Virus record (IMG/VR): IMGVR_UViG_3300025362_000477 | Source: a virus | Lineage: Duplodnaviria > Caudoviricetes | DNA length: 64,000 nucleotides | Direction: 5' to 3' (one strand) | Shown: positions 39,330-50,218 of the stretch, piece after piece | How positions within the stretch are numbered: position 1 is the first letter of the stretch | Layout: each line of letters begins with the position of its first letter | Made by a program: the position numbers and the translations under genes | The notes under the pieces: model-generated | The model's database searches: none | What the model saw: only the letters and a program-made list of their open reading frames with translations | What the model was told of the DNA's origin: nothing

Positions 39330-40937
39330 TTATTCACTTTTACGTTTCGGAACCCAATCTATTGTAACAGGATTCCATTTCTGTAAAGTACTATTGTGAT
39401 TCATTTCTGGACCTAAAGAATTATATCTTACAAATACAGCCCTTAAATTATGCTCATTCTGTTTCCATTGCCATGTCTCCCATGGAACACTGCACCCATC
39501 ATGAGATGGAAAATGCAAAACCGTTTCCACCACTGTATTTAGACTTATAAACTGCAAAGCTAAAGATTGAATATCTATAACACCCTCAGTTACATTCTGA
39601 TATAACATCCATTTACGAACATCTGATGCATTATAATCATCTACATAATATACTCTAGCATCCCTATCACCCAAAGTTTCTTGATGATTATCAACACCAT
39701 CCCATGGATCTCCCATAGTCTGATAATAATAAACTAGAGTATTAAGTGGCCAAGATTCCACAGAATTAGTGACAAATAATATCTTAAGTTCATAATCAGT
39801 CCAAGTACCAGGATAACCACCAGGATTTAAAGGAATTTCAATACGAATATAATATTCTAATGCGTTTGTATAAACACCTTCAATAAAACCATCTGGTCGT
39901 TCAATAGTGAAAATATCATTAGTTCGAACAGTATAAGTATTAATAAAAGCATCCAAAAATGAATTATTTATTAAATCCGGCCATGTATTTCTGAAAATAC
40001 CACCAAGAGTAATACCCCCATAAACAATCATATCATCAACTTGATAATCTAAAAATATCTGAGGTGGGTCAAACACAACAGGCTGTCCACCAAACTCACT
40101 TCCCCATCCTTGTACATGTGGATCAGTAATAACATTAGTTATTGGTGATGGTATTATATTATCCGATAATACTGGAGGTGTTCTTGCAAACTCTATACTA
40201 GTTAAATCCCAACAATTACTAACAAAAGAATTCCCAATGGATATAATTTCAGGTAACTCAACCCGAGTTAAATAATAACAACTACCAGCAAAAGAATCTC
40301 CAATTGATGTTGCTTTAGATAACCGAATATTAGTCATTGTATCACAATTATAAGCAAAGGAATCCCCGATTGATCTTGTTTGAGGTAACTCAACATCAAG
40401 TAAATAATAGCAATGACTGACAAATGAATCACCAATTGAAATTGCTTGTGGTAACTCGACACGAATCAAATGCCCACAATACCCAGCAAAAGAATCTCCA
40501 ATGGATGTTACTTGCGGTAACTCAATACTACTCAAATAATAACACTGAACAGCAAAAGAATCCCCAATTGATGCTACTTGTGGTAATTCGATACGAGTTA
40601 AAATATCACAATTATAGGCAAAAGAATCTCCAATTGATGTTAAATTTCTACTACCAACTATTACCTCTATATTATCATCATCATAAAATACATCATCTCC
40701 AACTGCAGTAATAGGAATGTTATAAAATTCATATGGAATTACAATATTAACATAACTCCCAGTATAACCCATAATAGTAGCTTTATCATTCAACACTGTG
40801 AAACTAAATACATTAGTCGGAGTAATAATGGTATCTGAATCATCATAATGGTATCGAATATCAGATATCTCTGAAGCATTACTTCTATTGAGTGTAATAA
40901 ATATAATAATACACATCAATATAATTCTCTTTATCAT
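39330..40937 (-). CDS. Exported BspA-type leucine-rich-repeat protein
   Basis: Signal-like N-terminus; ATIMGYTG..IVIP cap; about 7 repeats of 22 aa (SIGDSF..xC..L..IELPQ). Confidence 0.8.
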   Translation of the reverse strand: MIKRIILMCIIIFITLNRSNASEISDIRYHYDDSDTIITPTNVFSFTVLNDKATIMGYTGSYVNIVIPYEFYNIPITAVGDDVFYDDDNIEVIVGSRNLTSIGDSFAYNCDILTRIELPQVASIGDSFAVQCYYLSSIELPQVTSIGDSFAGYCGHLIRVELPQAISIGDSFVSHCYYLLDVELPQTRSIGDSFAYNCDTMTNIRLSKATSIGDSFAGSCYYLTRVELPEIISIGNSFVSNCWDLTSIEFARTPPVLSDNIIPSPITNVITDPHVQGWGSEFGGQPVVFDPPQIFLDYQVDDMIVYGGITLGGIFRNTWPDLINNSFLDAFINTYTVRTNDIFTIERPDGFIEGVYTNALEYYIRIEIPLNPGGYPGTWTDYELKILFVTNSVESWPLNTLVYYYQTMGDPWDGVDNHQETLGDRDARVYYVDDYNASDVRKWMLYQNVTEGVIDIQSLALQFISLNTVVETVLHFPSHDGCSVPWETWQWKQNEHNLRAVFVRYNSLGPEMNHNSTLQKWNPVTIDWVPKRKSE

Positions 40938-41053
40938 ATTACTTCCCCTTTTTATTTATTCATAATAATATATAACAAGACTTACTTATACATCTTACGT
41001 TTTTCTAATAATATTTCTCTATTATCTCTAGACATTTTATTATTTTATTTTCC

Positions 41054-42457
41054 TTATTCATAAATTATTGTTGCACTTGCTGTATCGCCTGTATCAACAT
41101 AAAATCTCAATCCATTACTAAATGGCATGCCGTGAAAATCCAATGCTACGGGTTGATCGAATATCTTACCAGTAGTGGTTTTCCATAATACTGGTGTTGT
41201 GGTGGTCGTACTATCAGTTAAGTATATGACTGCCCCACTAGTAGCATTATTTAAAATTATGCCTCTAACAATTCCAGACCCATATTTTAACTGTACCCCA
41301 CCCGGTAATGTTGCATCAGCATGATAATAACTTGTTGGATTAGTTGTAATTTCACCTTGTCTTGCAATATAAGCACCAAAGGTTTTGAATGTATTAGCCG
41401 TGTCTACTGTATCATTATTACATTCCATTTTTATAGGCAGTGTCATTGTGTCGGAATAATTACCACCAGATATTTTATGCAATAATGTACCATTGATATA
41501 CCAATGAACTGCCAATGGAGAATACTCAATAGTTAACTTATAATAGGTATCAGCTACTGGTGTAAATGAAGCACCTAGGTTACCATTAAAATCACCTGAA
41601 TCTATTAAAGTATCAACTCCTGCTGTTGTGCCATCATATTTTCTTGTACCAATGCTAAACGTAGTGTTTACAAATTGAGCAAACACACCATTGTCATCAT
41701 CATAAGCACCTATACGTCTAGTGTTACCTGCTGCTGCAGCTGAACTAGCGAACCCACCTTGAAACAACATAGCGGAACCTGCAACAAACCTTGCTCTTCT
41801 TACTGATGTAAGACTAGTAGTACCACCTGCTGTACCATTAGTATTTAATGTAACTATACCACCATCTTGCACAATTGTACCTGCATTAGTTACAACCGCT
41901 GTCCAGAAATTAGTATCAACTGCTCCTGCATTACCATCATTATCAAAAGCTGTACCAACCATACGATATACTGGACTTATAGCTAATTCATTAGTGGGAT
42001 TAATCCAAACATATCTATTAGTATTTTCACGACCTACTAAGGTACTTTCGCTTTTAAGTCTACCATCAGCACTTAAGTCACTAGGCAAGGGTAATGCCAC
42101 AGGACAAAGTACAGAAGACAATCTAAAATAAGATGTTGCAATTACACCTAGATTAGTTACTGTTACTCGCCAGTATGCTTTAGTAGCTTGTACTGTTTCA
42201 CCACGACCACCTTTACTAGCTATATAATCAAAGCAATAACTTATATCCCAATTGGAATCTTGTGAGTCTGATTCTTCTATACAAACAGTACAGTTCTCAG
42301 TTGTTTTTAGTGACCATTGTAATCCGTTAACTCCTAAAGTAGATTTACCTACTCCTGTAAAGGTTGTAGATGGGTCAAGATTAGTAGTGCTAGAATTACC
42401 AGTATCCTCTTTTACGTCTTGCGTTATAACTGTATCATTAAATCTACTCATAAACAT
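41054..42457 (-). CDS. Probable virion/tail-associated beta-rich protein
   Basis: Thr/Gly-rich and beta-strand-like; located in the tail module. Confidence 0.55.
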   Translation of the reverse strand: MFMSRFNDTVITQDVKEDTGNSSTTNLDPSTTFTGVGKSTLGVNGLQWSLKTTENCTVCIEESDSQDSNWDISYCFDYIASKGGRGETVQATKAYWRVTVTNLGVIATSYFRLSSVLCPVALPLPSDLSADGRLKSESTLVGRENTNRYVWINPTNELAISPVYRMVGTAFDNDGNAGAVDTNFWTAVVTNAGTIVQDGGIVTLNTNGTAGGTTSLTSVRRARFVAGSAMLFQGGFASSAAAAGNTRRIGAYDDDNGVFAQFVNTTFSIGTRKYDGTTAGVDTLIDSGDFNGNLGASFTPVADTYYKLTIEYSPLAVHWYINGTLLHKISGGNYSDTMTLPIKMECNNDTVDTANTFKTFGAYIARQGEITTNPTSYYHADATLPGGVQLKYGSGIVRGIILNNATSGAVIYLTDSTTTTTPVLWKTTTGKIFDQPVALDFHGMPFSNGLRFYVDTGDTASATIIYE

Positions 42458-42463
42458 TACCTC

Positions 42464-43978
42464 TTAACTAATTGTTAATCCTTGTATAATAATTCCCATT
42501 AATTCTGTATAACTTGTTGTAATAATATACTCATACCAAAGATGGGGATAATCAACACCATTAATAAACCATACAGCAGCTGATTCAGATCCATCATGAT
42601 TTTCCTCAAGTATAATGTCCCAATTGTTATAAATACTCCAATTTATATTATAAAAATCTGTTTTGTCAGATGTTTTGTTAGCGCTACCTTCTCCTGCTGT
42701 AAAATTTCGGTCTCTTGGAGCTCCAATATCATAATTTATTATGCCTCCGGTCAATACACCACAATTAGTTATTGACGTATTATTTTCTTCCCAACCGAGA
42801 AATCTTCCGGTTCTTGTACCAATATTAGGAGAAATATCTCCCGTACAATAACAATCATTGATTTCTGAAAATCCTCTTCCATTTAAATGTCCACAAAAAC
42901 CACCGGTACGAGGATCACCATTTGTAGGCATTGTTGAATTTATGTAGTTTATATCACCAGTGCAATAACATTTATTGATTGATGTCGTAGCTCCTGAATA
43001 TACAGTATAATGAAATCCACAAAAACCTCCTATATATGAAGCCCCGTTTCCATTTATACGGGAGTCCGTTATAGTTACATTTCCAGTGCAATAACAATTA
43101 GTAACTGTTGCATCAGGAGTACCTGTGACTTTATAAGCATATACATAAACTGCGAAACCACTAGTATTAATTCCATTGTTGGTATAAAATTCATGAGTGG
43201 TTACATTTCCAGTGCAATGACAATTGTCAACAGTAATAGATCCAGCTTTATAAGCGAATACATAACCTGAAAAGCCGGCGGATATACAATATGCAGATAC
43301 ACTTGTATCATATGCGCGATACCCTACATCTATATTTCCAGTGCAATAACAATTTTTCACAATTATATAATCACCAATATCACTTGTTCGTATCTGTCCA
43401 AAAAGACCTCCACATATTACATATCGGACTGTGCCTTCATTTGTAATATGCGCAGTTGAACTACAATTATTAACTGTTATTGTAGTTGAACTTGGACCAA
43501 TAACACTATCTTTATAAAACATCGCAACTAAACCACCCATATAACAATGAGGGTTACCATAAATACAATTTACATGACTATTTCCTGTGACATGGACATT
43601 ATCCATATTAAATGCACCATAACAAGCTACACATCCAGCAAAAGATATGCCCATATTATTTGATATATCAACACCCATGTCTTTTAATATGAGATTTGTC
43701 ACACTTGCCCCAACACCATATATTGCGCCAAACAATCCTGCATAAGTATTTTCCGCGACTGATGGATTGCCGATATTAATTGTTAAATTAGAAATGGTGT
43801 GATTATCACCATTTAGAGTTCCGGAAAAATAATCAACAAGATCTCCGATTGGTTCCCAATCATCACCAATACCAATATAATCCGCATCGGCCGATGATAG
43901 ATCAGTTGTTAAAATATAATCTTCTGTTAAATCTAAAGCAATCGTTGCTAAATCTGTCCATGATGAAATATTAGTCAT
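42464..43978 (-). CDS. GLUG-motif beta-helical adhesin/tail fibre-like protein
   Basis: WEPIG..FSGTLNGDNHTISNL, AGLFG and repeated GGF.G...I.NCYCTG units. Confidence 0.7.
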   Translation of the reverse strand: MTNISSWTDLATIALDLTEDYILTTDLSSADADYIGIGDDWEPIGDLVDYFSGTLNGDNHTISNLTINIGNPSVAENTYAGLFGAIYGVGASVTNLILKDMGVDISNNMGISFAGCVACYGAFNMDNVHVTGNSHVNCIYGNPHCYMGGLVAMFYKDSVIGPSSTTITVNNCSSTAHITNEGTVRYVICGGLFGQIRTSDIGDYIIVKNCYCTGNIDVGYRAYDTSVSAYCISAGFSGYVFAYKAGSITVDNCHCTGNVTTHEFYTNNGINTSGFAVYVYAYKVTGTPDATVTNCYCTGNVTITDSRINGNGASYIGGFCGFHYTVYSGATTSINKCYCTGDINYINSTMPTNGDPRTGGFCGHLNGRGFSEINDCYCTGDISPNIGTRTGRFLGWEENNTSITNCGVLTGGIINYDIGAPRDRNFTAGEGSANKTSDKTDFYNINWSIYNNWDIILEENHDGSESAAVWFINGVDYPHLWYEYIITTSYTELMGIIIQGLTIS

Positions 43979-44288
43979 TATTAATTTCCAGTTTTATTTT
44001 ATGTTTTAAAATTTCTTTTTCTAATTTTTCCCGACGATTGTTATGAAATTTCTTTTTTCTTTTATTTAATTTTTTCTTAAGATTTTTATTAGTATAAGGA
44101 CTATTTATAAAGGATTGTATTTTGACAATTTGGTTATTAGTATATTCAAAATCTTTTAATTTTTTATCAACAATGTTGTTGATAGTTTCAATTAAAGAAT
44201 TTTCTTCTTCTTCAATAAACTTTTGGAGGTCTATATCTTCCATATTCATATTTATATCCATATTACCACCATCCCTCAGTCGTTTCAT
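43971..44288 (-). CDS. Hypothetical charged protein
   Basis: ORF overlapping both neighbours. Confidence 0.5.
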   Translation of the reverse strand: MKRLRDGGNMDINMNMEDIDLQKFIEEEENSLIETINNIVDKKLKDFEYTNNQIVKIQSFINSPYTNKNLKKKLNKRKKKFHNNRREKLEKEILKHKIKLEINND

Positions 44289-46015
44289 AAGTTAAAATTA
44301 TAATACCAGTTCCCATTGTTTTAGATGCATTTACACCATCAATCAATTCAGCACTGTTAGGAGCTACTGTGAGTGTACCTGAACCCGTATTGATGATTCT
44401 ATACTCCTGTCCGTCAATGCCCTCAGGGAGCGTTACAGTGAAGTCTCCACCATCTGTATTACAAAAAACTCTATGATCACTAACAAGAATTGTATAAGTT
44501 GTTGTGACCCTGGATGTGTTAACTATTCTACCACCGCTAGATTTGATACTTCCAGCAACCTCTAAATCGCCACCTACTGTTAAATCATTGGCACCAAGAT
44601 CAACATCATCTGTTGCTCCAGTGTAAGGTACTAAACCTGACAAAGCTTGATCACCTGTATTAGTACCACTCAAATTATCAGCAAATAAATCATTATTGAC
44701 AGTTACATTGATAGAAGATAAAACTATCATATCCTCTTCGCCAGTATAACCTATTTGATGTGATACACCACCTACTATAATCTTTGAATTTGTAGTATCT
44801 ACTGTAAATACATCTCCGCCGTCAGAATCTTTTCTAACTAATAATGCTTCCACACTTGAACCATCTATAATTAAATCACCATCAAATTGATCAGTAGTGT
44901 TTAATAAATAACCCGACAGATCTTGATCGCCGGTGTTGGTACCCGACAGATTGCTAGCGGATATGTTTCCGGTAACTGTTACTGCTCGATTGAATCTATG
45001 ACCAGTCGTTGCACCATAATCCATATAGCCGCTAGCAAGGCTGTCAATGTATTCATTACTGTCAGTTTGGGTAAACTTAATCTTATCGCTGAATAATGTT
45101 TCTCCACCAACTACTAGATCACCACTGAAGTCGCCATCAGTTGCAGCGAAGTCATAAGCTCCAATATCCCAATTGCCAGCTGCAGTCGAAGATCCATCAC
45201 GTTCCCAATAAGAACTAAGATCTTGATCACCGGTATTTTCTCCGCTCAAATTTCCCAGATTTGTGATGTCAGTTGCAGTGATATTTGCTGCTTGGTGAGC
45301 AACGAAAACTGGATCTGTTTCTGTAAAACTATAAAGTGGCGGAGTTGCAAGTAACCAAGCAGCGAAAACTGGATCTGTTTCAAATGTCAGATATCCAGAT
45401 AGATCTTGATCACCGGTATTTTCTCCGCTCAAATTTCCCAGATTTGTGATGTCAGTTACAGTGATATTTGCTGCTTGATGAGCAGCGAAAACTGGATCTG
45501 TTTCTGTAAAACTATAAAGTGGCGGAGTTGCAAGTAACCAAGCAGTGAAAATTGGATCTGTTTCTGTAAAACTATAAAGTGGTGGAGTTGCAAGTAACCA
45601 GGCAGCGAAAACTGGATCTGTTTCAGATGTCAGATAGATCTTGATCACCAGTATTCTCTCCGCTCAAATTTCCCAGATTTGTGATGTCAGTTGCAGTGAT
45701 ATTTGCTGCTTGATGAGCAGTGAAAATTGGATCTGTTTCTGTAAAACTGTAAAGTGGTGGAGTTGCAAGTAACCAGGCAGCGAAAACTGGATCTGTTTCA
45801 TTGGCATCTATGATTATATCACCAGACCCAAGAATAGATCCACCATTAATAGTTTTAATGTTAATTCCCGAAATCAACACATTTTGTTTATCAAATAATA
45901 CTGGATTTTTTGAAGAATCAAATCCCATTACATACAAAGCAACTGGAGACAAATTACTCTCAAGAAAACTTCCATTGGATTGTTCTTGAATTAATTTAAG
46001 ATCTTTATCACTCAT
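44263..46015 (-). pseudogene. Repeat-rich tail fibre-like gene split by an 8-nt deletion at 45630/45631
   Basis: The 45623-46015 and 44263-45648 ORFs share ETDPVF/LSGENTGDQDLS repeats. Restoring GATATCTG, which is present in the sister repeat, gives one 586-aa ORF. Confidence 0.75.
45215..45800. repeat. Mosaic coding repeats (60-bp ETDPVFAAWLLATPPLYSFT units and longer TDITNLGNLSGENTGDQDLS units)
   Basis: Multiple near-identical DNA copies are visible; GC is locally higher than the flanks. Confidence 0.9.
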
Positions 46016-46027
46016 AAGTTCTCCTCA

Positions 46028-46474
46028 TTACCATGCAGCAATTGCTGTTCTTCGCCATACATTATCTAAAACACATACATAAAAATAATTTTCATCATAA
46101 GATGTCTGTCCTTGGGTTCCAGAACTAGTTGCTGTTATTGGAGGCGGTACCCAATCAACAGCACCTTCAATTTGATCATCAACATATTTTTTTGTTACAA
46201 TTTCACCAGGATGAGAAACAGGTGGATCAATTGGAATTTCAGAAAAATCTAATCTTTTTAAAACAACATTCGTAAAGTCATCACCCAAAGTTTCATCTAT
46301 TTCAGATTCATTTCCATCATAATCATCCAATGAATCTCGAAGTAAACAAGTAGTGTATTTTAAAAGTAAATCCTCTTTCATCTGCAATCCCACTAACGGA
46401 TCACTAGAAAGAGTAGATGGATCAACATTCTCTATAATAAATTGTCTAATCCCATCTAAAATATGACTTGACAT
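46028..46474 (-). CDS. Probable virion structural protein
   Basis: VTKKYVD and GTQGQ..YDENYFYVCV..N.W.R motifs common in tail proteins. Confidence 0.55.
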   Translation of the reverse strand: MSSHILDGIRQFIIENVDPSTLSSDPLVGLQMKEDLLLKYTTCLLRDSLDDYDGNESEIDETLGDDFTNVVLKRLDFSEIPIDPPVSHPGEIVTKKYVDDQIEGAVDWVPPPITATSSGTQGQTSYDENYFYVCVLDNVWRRTAIAAW

Positions 46475-46483
46475 AATAATCCT

Positions 46484-48781
46484 TTAAGTAAAATCAATAA
46501 AACCACTATTGGTTGTATTACCAATGACTTCTCTCATTGCACATCTCTGGTTTGGCGCGAAAATATAATTCATAACATTAACATGAGTTATATCCATGCC
46601 TTCTGGGATAGTATCTTTAAACTCAGACATCTTCCAAGTATTCATACATGGGATCCCTGTAATGCCACAACCACGAATATAACTTTTATAACCATCAACA
46701 GTTGCAGTACCACCCAATTCACCATCAACCATCTCTTCAATATTCAAAATATCATTACCCGGAATATCACTATCATAAACAGTTTTGAAATTACAATATG
46801 GGTTTTTGTCATATAATGAATCTGATAATGATAATTTATTTGATGATATACCCAGTTCATTAACCAAGAACATTATAAGATTTCTAAGATAACCAGAAGT
46901 AGGTAAATCAGTCCCATAATCACGAACACCCAAATTAAGAATATAATCAACCCCACTAGATTTGATAATATTTACTAGATTTCTTAAATATTCACCTTGC
47001 TTAGAATCTGACCAATTATCAAATTGATATGGATTAGGAAGATGATTGATATATGGATCATTAGGGCTATCACTAAAGTCAAATAGAGATGGGATGATTG
47101 TTATTTGATTTGTGGCGGCTAAATTACAAAACTCTTCTAAGTTCTTCCACCATTGATCTTCTAAGTTTATCATCCAGTCGGTAGGATCTTCATAATCATC
47201 ATATACAGGAACCACGTCAGTATCAATAAATTCATAATCTATCATATCAGAACTATAATTTTTGAAAGCATAAAATCCTGTGAATGTACCATATGATTTA
47301 TCTACTAAAGCTGGAATCTTTTCCCAATATTCTCTTTTGAGACATAATGCATACATATGACCAACACCACCCTGTCGATCTACCAGTTCTTCTGAATCAA
47401 ATGATCTCTGGGAATCATCATCATCCGGTAGCGGTCTACTTGGGCAACCACCACATGTTGATGATCTCTTATTATCTTTCAATTCTTGTGATGGTTCTTG
47501 TTTATCAGATGCTCCACAACCAACCGATGCATTATAACACTGGGTAACTTCATGAGGTGCACATGCAGCACATGGAGGCTCAATATCCTCTGATGGGACA
47601 ACTGGCTCAACTGATGGATGTCTCATACATGTCATACCTCTATCTGCTGATGGTATAGCTATATCTGCAGACTTAGACATCGATGAATATATCATTGGTA
47701 TGTTTATAATTGGAGAAGAATTAGTAACGATAGATGTTGGGGTATCCAAAACAATAGTGGATAAACATTTTAACATACAATTAGTTGCCCCAGTAATTAT
47801 CATATTAGAAGCAGCAATTTTCATAGATCCAGCACAACTTTGAGTCATTGTTGTTAATGCAGTATCATTTATCTCCGTGAATGCAGTTCTATTATCTTTA
47901 GTCTTAGAAAATCTACTAAATTCATTGGCAGTTTCAGAGTGTTTATCCCCCGCCAAAGTATCGATCGTTGTCCCCGCTGTTAAATTAAAATTAGTCCCAA
48001 CATCTATATGAAATGATTCTCCGCTTTTCATGTATATATTCTTCAAAGATTCAATATGAATATCATTTTTAAAAAACACATGAAATTGATCTTGACCTAC
48101 AGAATCATCAGTATGAAAAGCTAAATAATTCCCTCTATAATCTTTAATAAACAATCTCTCTTCACCTGGTCGTTCATCAATCATAATAGTCGTCATATTA
48201 TCATCAATCAAATAAACAGAATCAGTATCACCATCTGGAGGTTTACCAATCATTCTCTTTTTTCCGGTGATTTCAATTCTAGCATCAGTTCCATCATCAT
48301 CAGAGATAACTATGCATCGACCAGCCTTTGATTTGAATAAAACCCATTTTTTCCAATATTCAGAACCTTCTTGACATTCTGGTAATACCTTACGTTGACC
48401 AAATTCACCAGAAGCAAAGAAATATGGATGATTCGGATCACCATTCTCAAAAAATATAAAAACCCAACTACCTTTTGGTGGAGTCAAACATGATCCTTGA
48501 TACCAAGCATCTTCGAAACTAGCTCGTTGCCCCATAGTATCCTGGATATTGCGGCCGCCTAAAAAATTATTTGCAGGATGAGACCACAGACCTTTTGCAT
48601 TATAACAACCACAATCATCACTACCATTTTCAGGCATCAGATCTGGGATCCTCACTTTGACCCGACCAAGCATTCTAGGATCTTTAGCAGACAAAACTAA
48701 AGCTCGATAAAATCCATTCCATTTAAATTCACATCGTTCTTGTTGATTGGATTTCTGTGGATTATCAATATTTATAGACAT
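46484..48781 (-). CDS. Baseplate hub/spike protein (gp5/VgrG-like OB fold) with an unusual C-terminal domain
   Basis: RALVLSAKDPRMLGRVKVRIP and PPKGSWVFIFFENGDPNHPY motifs; beta-helix-like middle; likely start MSINI (GGAG RBS). Confidence 0.8.
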   Translation of the reverse strand: MSINIDNPQKSNQQERCEFKWNGFYRALVLSAKDPRMLGRVKVRIPDLMPENGSDDCGCYNAKGLWSHPANNFLGGRNIQDTMGQRASFEDAWYQGSCLTPPKGSWVFIFFENGDPNHPYFFASGEFGQRKVLPECQEGSEYWKKWVLFKSKAGRCIVISDDDGTDARIEITGKKRMIGKPPDGDTDSVYLIDDNMTTIMIDERPGEERLFIKDYRGNYLAFHTDDSVGQDQFHVFFKNDIHIESLKNIYMKSGESFHIDVGTNFNLTAGTTIDTLAGDKHSETANEFSRFSKTKDNRTAFTEINDTALTTMTQSCAGSMKIAASNMIITGATNCMLKCLSTIVLDTPTSIVTNSSPIINIPMIYSSMSKSADIAIPSADRGMTCMRHPSVEPVVPSEDIEPPCAACAPHEVTQCYNASVGCGASDKQEPSQELKDNKRSSTCGGCPSRPLPDDDDSQRSFDSEELVDRQGGVGHMYALCLKREYWEKIPALVDKSYGTFTGFYAFKNYSSDMIDYEFIDTDVVPVYDDYEDPTDWMINLEDQWWKNLEEFCNLAATNQITIIPSLFDFSDSPNDPYINHLPNPYQFDNWSDSKQGEYLRNLVNIIKSSGVDYILNLGVRDYGTDLPTSGYLRNLIMFLVNELGISSNKLSLSDSLYDKNPYCNFKTVYDSDIPGNDILNIEEMVDGELGGTATVDGYKSYIRGCGITGIPCMNTWKMSEFKDTIPEGMDITHVNVMNYIFAPNQRCAMREVIGNTTNSGFIDFT

Positions 48782-48920
48782 TTTTACAAACTCCAACAAA
48801 TTCATCAATGATCAAATTTTTATCTAAAACCTTTTTAGTTCTTTTATAATGACCTTTGATCATTGTTGCAGTAGGACTAATAACTTCTCTACCACAGCCA
48901 CAAGAACATAATTTTTTCAT
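48765..48920 (-). pseudogene. 51-aa ORF with CxCGCG...GH motif (possible endonuclease N-terminal remnant)
   Basis: MKKLCSCGCGREVI..IKGH translated by hand; below the ORF-track cutoff. Confidence 0.4.
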
Positions 48921-48922
48921 TT

Positions 48923-49816
48923 TTACATAGCCTTATTTATCGTACTAACTGTAATCTCAACTACTTTAGAAAAATAACCAGGATTGAACATTTGGAATGC
49001 GGGAGAAAAATATGAATTTCCTCCAACAGTAGAAGCAAGCATTATAGATGAAAATCTCATCATATCTTCAAAGAAAGGAAGATTCATAGTTCCAAAACTT
49101 CTAATTATTTGTTCCAAAAATTTATATTCTAACATGCCAGGAGTCACTTCACTCTCTGATAACAATTCAAGGAATCTTTTAAATATTAACAAATCATATT
49201 TCATTGGATCAACATCCATATTTGAATAATCATATTTGGCTAATATTGATCCTGCTTTTAGTGCTTGTTGTTGATTCATTCCGAAAAATGATCTATATAC
49301 ATATGAATATACTATGAATCTAAATTGAGGAATCTTATCAACATAAGATCCAGTAATACCATACCTCTTTGCAAATAATTTCAGAAACACAAACCCCATA
49401 TACTTACAAACAGGTTCAGCATATTTAGTTGGGATTCCTGTTTTTGTAAATGATAAAACTAAAGCAGAATGAGCATATATTAAAATAGTATATAAATCCC
49501 GCATATCAATATTTGAGATGGATCTTTTCTGTAAAGCAGCTATATTAATTATTGAATGTCTAGTTGTTTTATTAAATACTGCTGGTAATGGATATTGTTT
49601 CATTCTAATGATATCTATATGTTTAAATTTCGTCTGAACATGAAAATCAGCATATGGATAAGTAATATGATTTTTCATTCTAGGCATGAACATTTTAATT
49701 GAAGATAAAAACAACTCTTTATCTTCTGGATCAGATTGAAATGAATCTATCGTAGATTGTGGAAAACTAAAAATATTTGGCTTATTATTAAGCAGTGATA
49801 ATGAATTTTTGATCAT
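48923..49816 (-). CDS. Hypothetical protein
   Basis: Long ORF in the structural region. Confidence 0.7.
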   Translation of the reverse strand: MIKNSLSLLNNKPNIFSFPQSTIDSFQSDPEDKELFLSSIKMFMPRMKNHITYPYADFHVQTKFKHIDIIRMKQYPLPAVFNKTTRHSIINIAALQKRSISNIDMRDLYTILIYAHSALVLSFTKTGIPTKYAEPVCKYMGFVFLKLFAKRYGITGSYVDKIPQFRFIVYSYVYRSFFGMNQQQALKAGSILAKYDYSNMDVDPMKYDLLIFKRFLELLSESEVTPGMLEYKFLEQIIRSFGTMNLPFFEDMMRFSSIMLASTVGGNSYFSPAFQMFNPGYFSKVVEITVSTINKAM

Positions 49817-49843
49817 TTTATGGATCCTTTTATTATTTGTTCA

Positions 49844-50218
49844 TTATTGTGAAACATATCGGATATGGGCATATTCATTTATATTAAGATACAATATATC
49901 ATATAAAGTACCTATCAACATCCATAACGGATCAGGAATAAAACATTCAGATGATGAAGATGATGTTGATAATTCATTATATGACCAACTGATAACATAA
50001 TCATATAGATCAACATCTGGAAATAAAACTTGGAGATCTTCATCTACTTGAACTATAGAATATTGGGGAGTAATAACTTGGGTATAATTTCCAATAGTAA
50101 GTCTAACAGATTTAACTTCTGGAATTTTAGACAAAATATGATAACCCTTTTCTATTATTGCAGTTGTAATAAGAAAACGATCTAATACATATAAATCATT
50201 AAGTGGAGTAGTTATCAT
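49844..50218 (-). CDS. Hypothetical protein
   Basis: ATGA-coupled to the upstream gene. Confidence 0.65.
   Translation of the reverse strand: MITTPLNDLYVLDRFLITTAIIEKGYHILSKIPEVKSVRLTIGNYTQVITPQYSIVQVDEDLQVLFPDVDLYDYVISWSYNELSTSSSSSECFIPDPLWMLIGTLYDILYLNINEYAHIRYVSQ

Noticed and set aside
37833-45800. CRISPR array or diversity-generating retroelement in the repeat-rich regions
   Set aside because: The repeats are in-frame coding tandem repeats without unique spacers. No reverse transcriptase or adenine-specific TR/VR pair was seen, and the LRR variable sites include Gln and Trp, which A-mutagenesis of AAY codons cannot produce.
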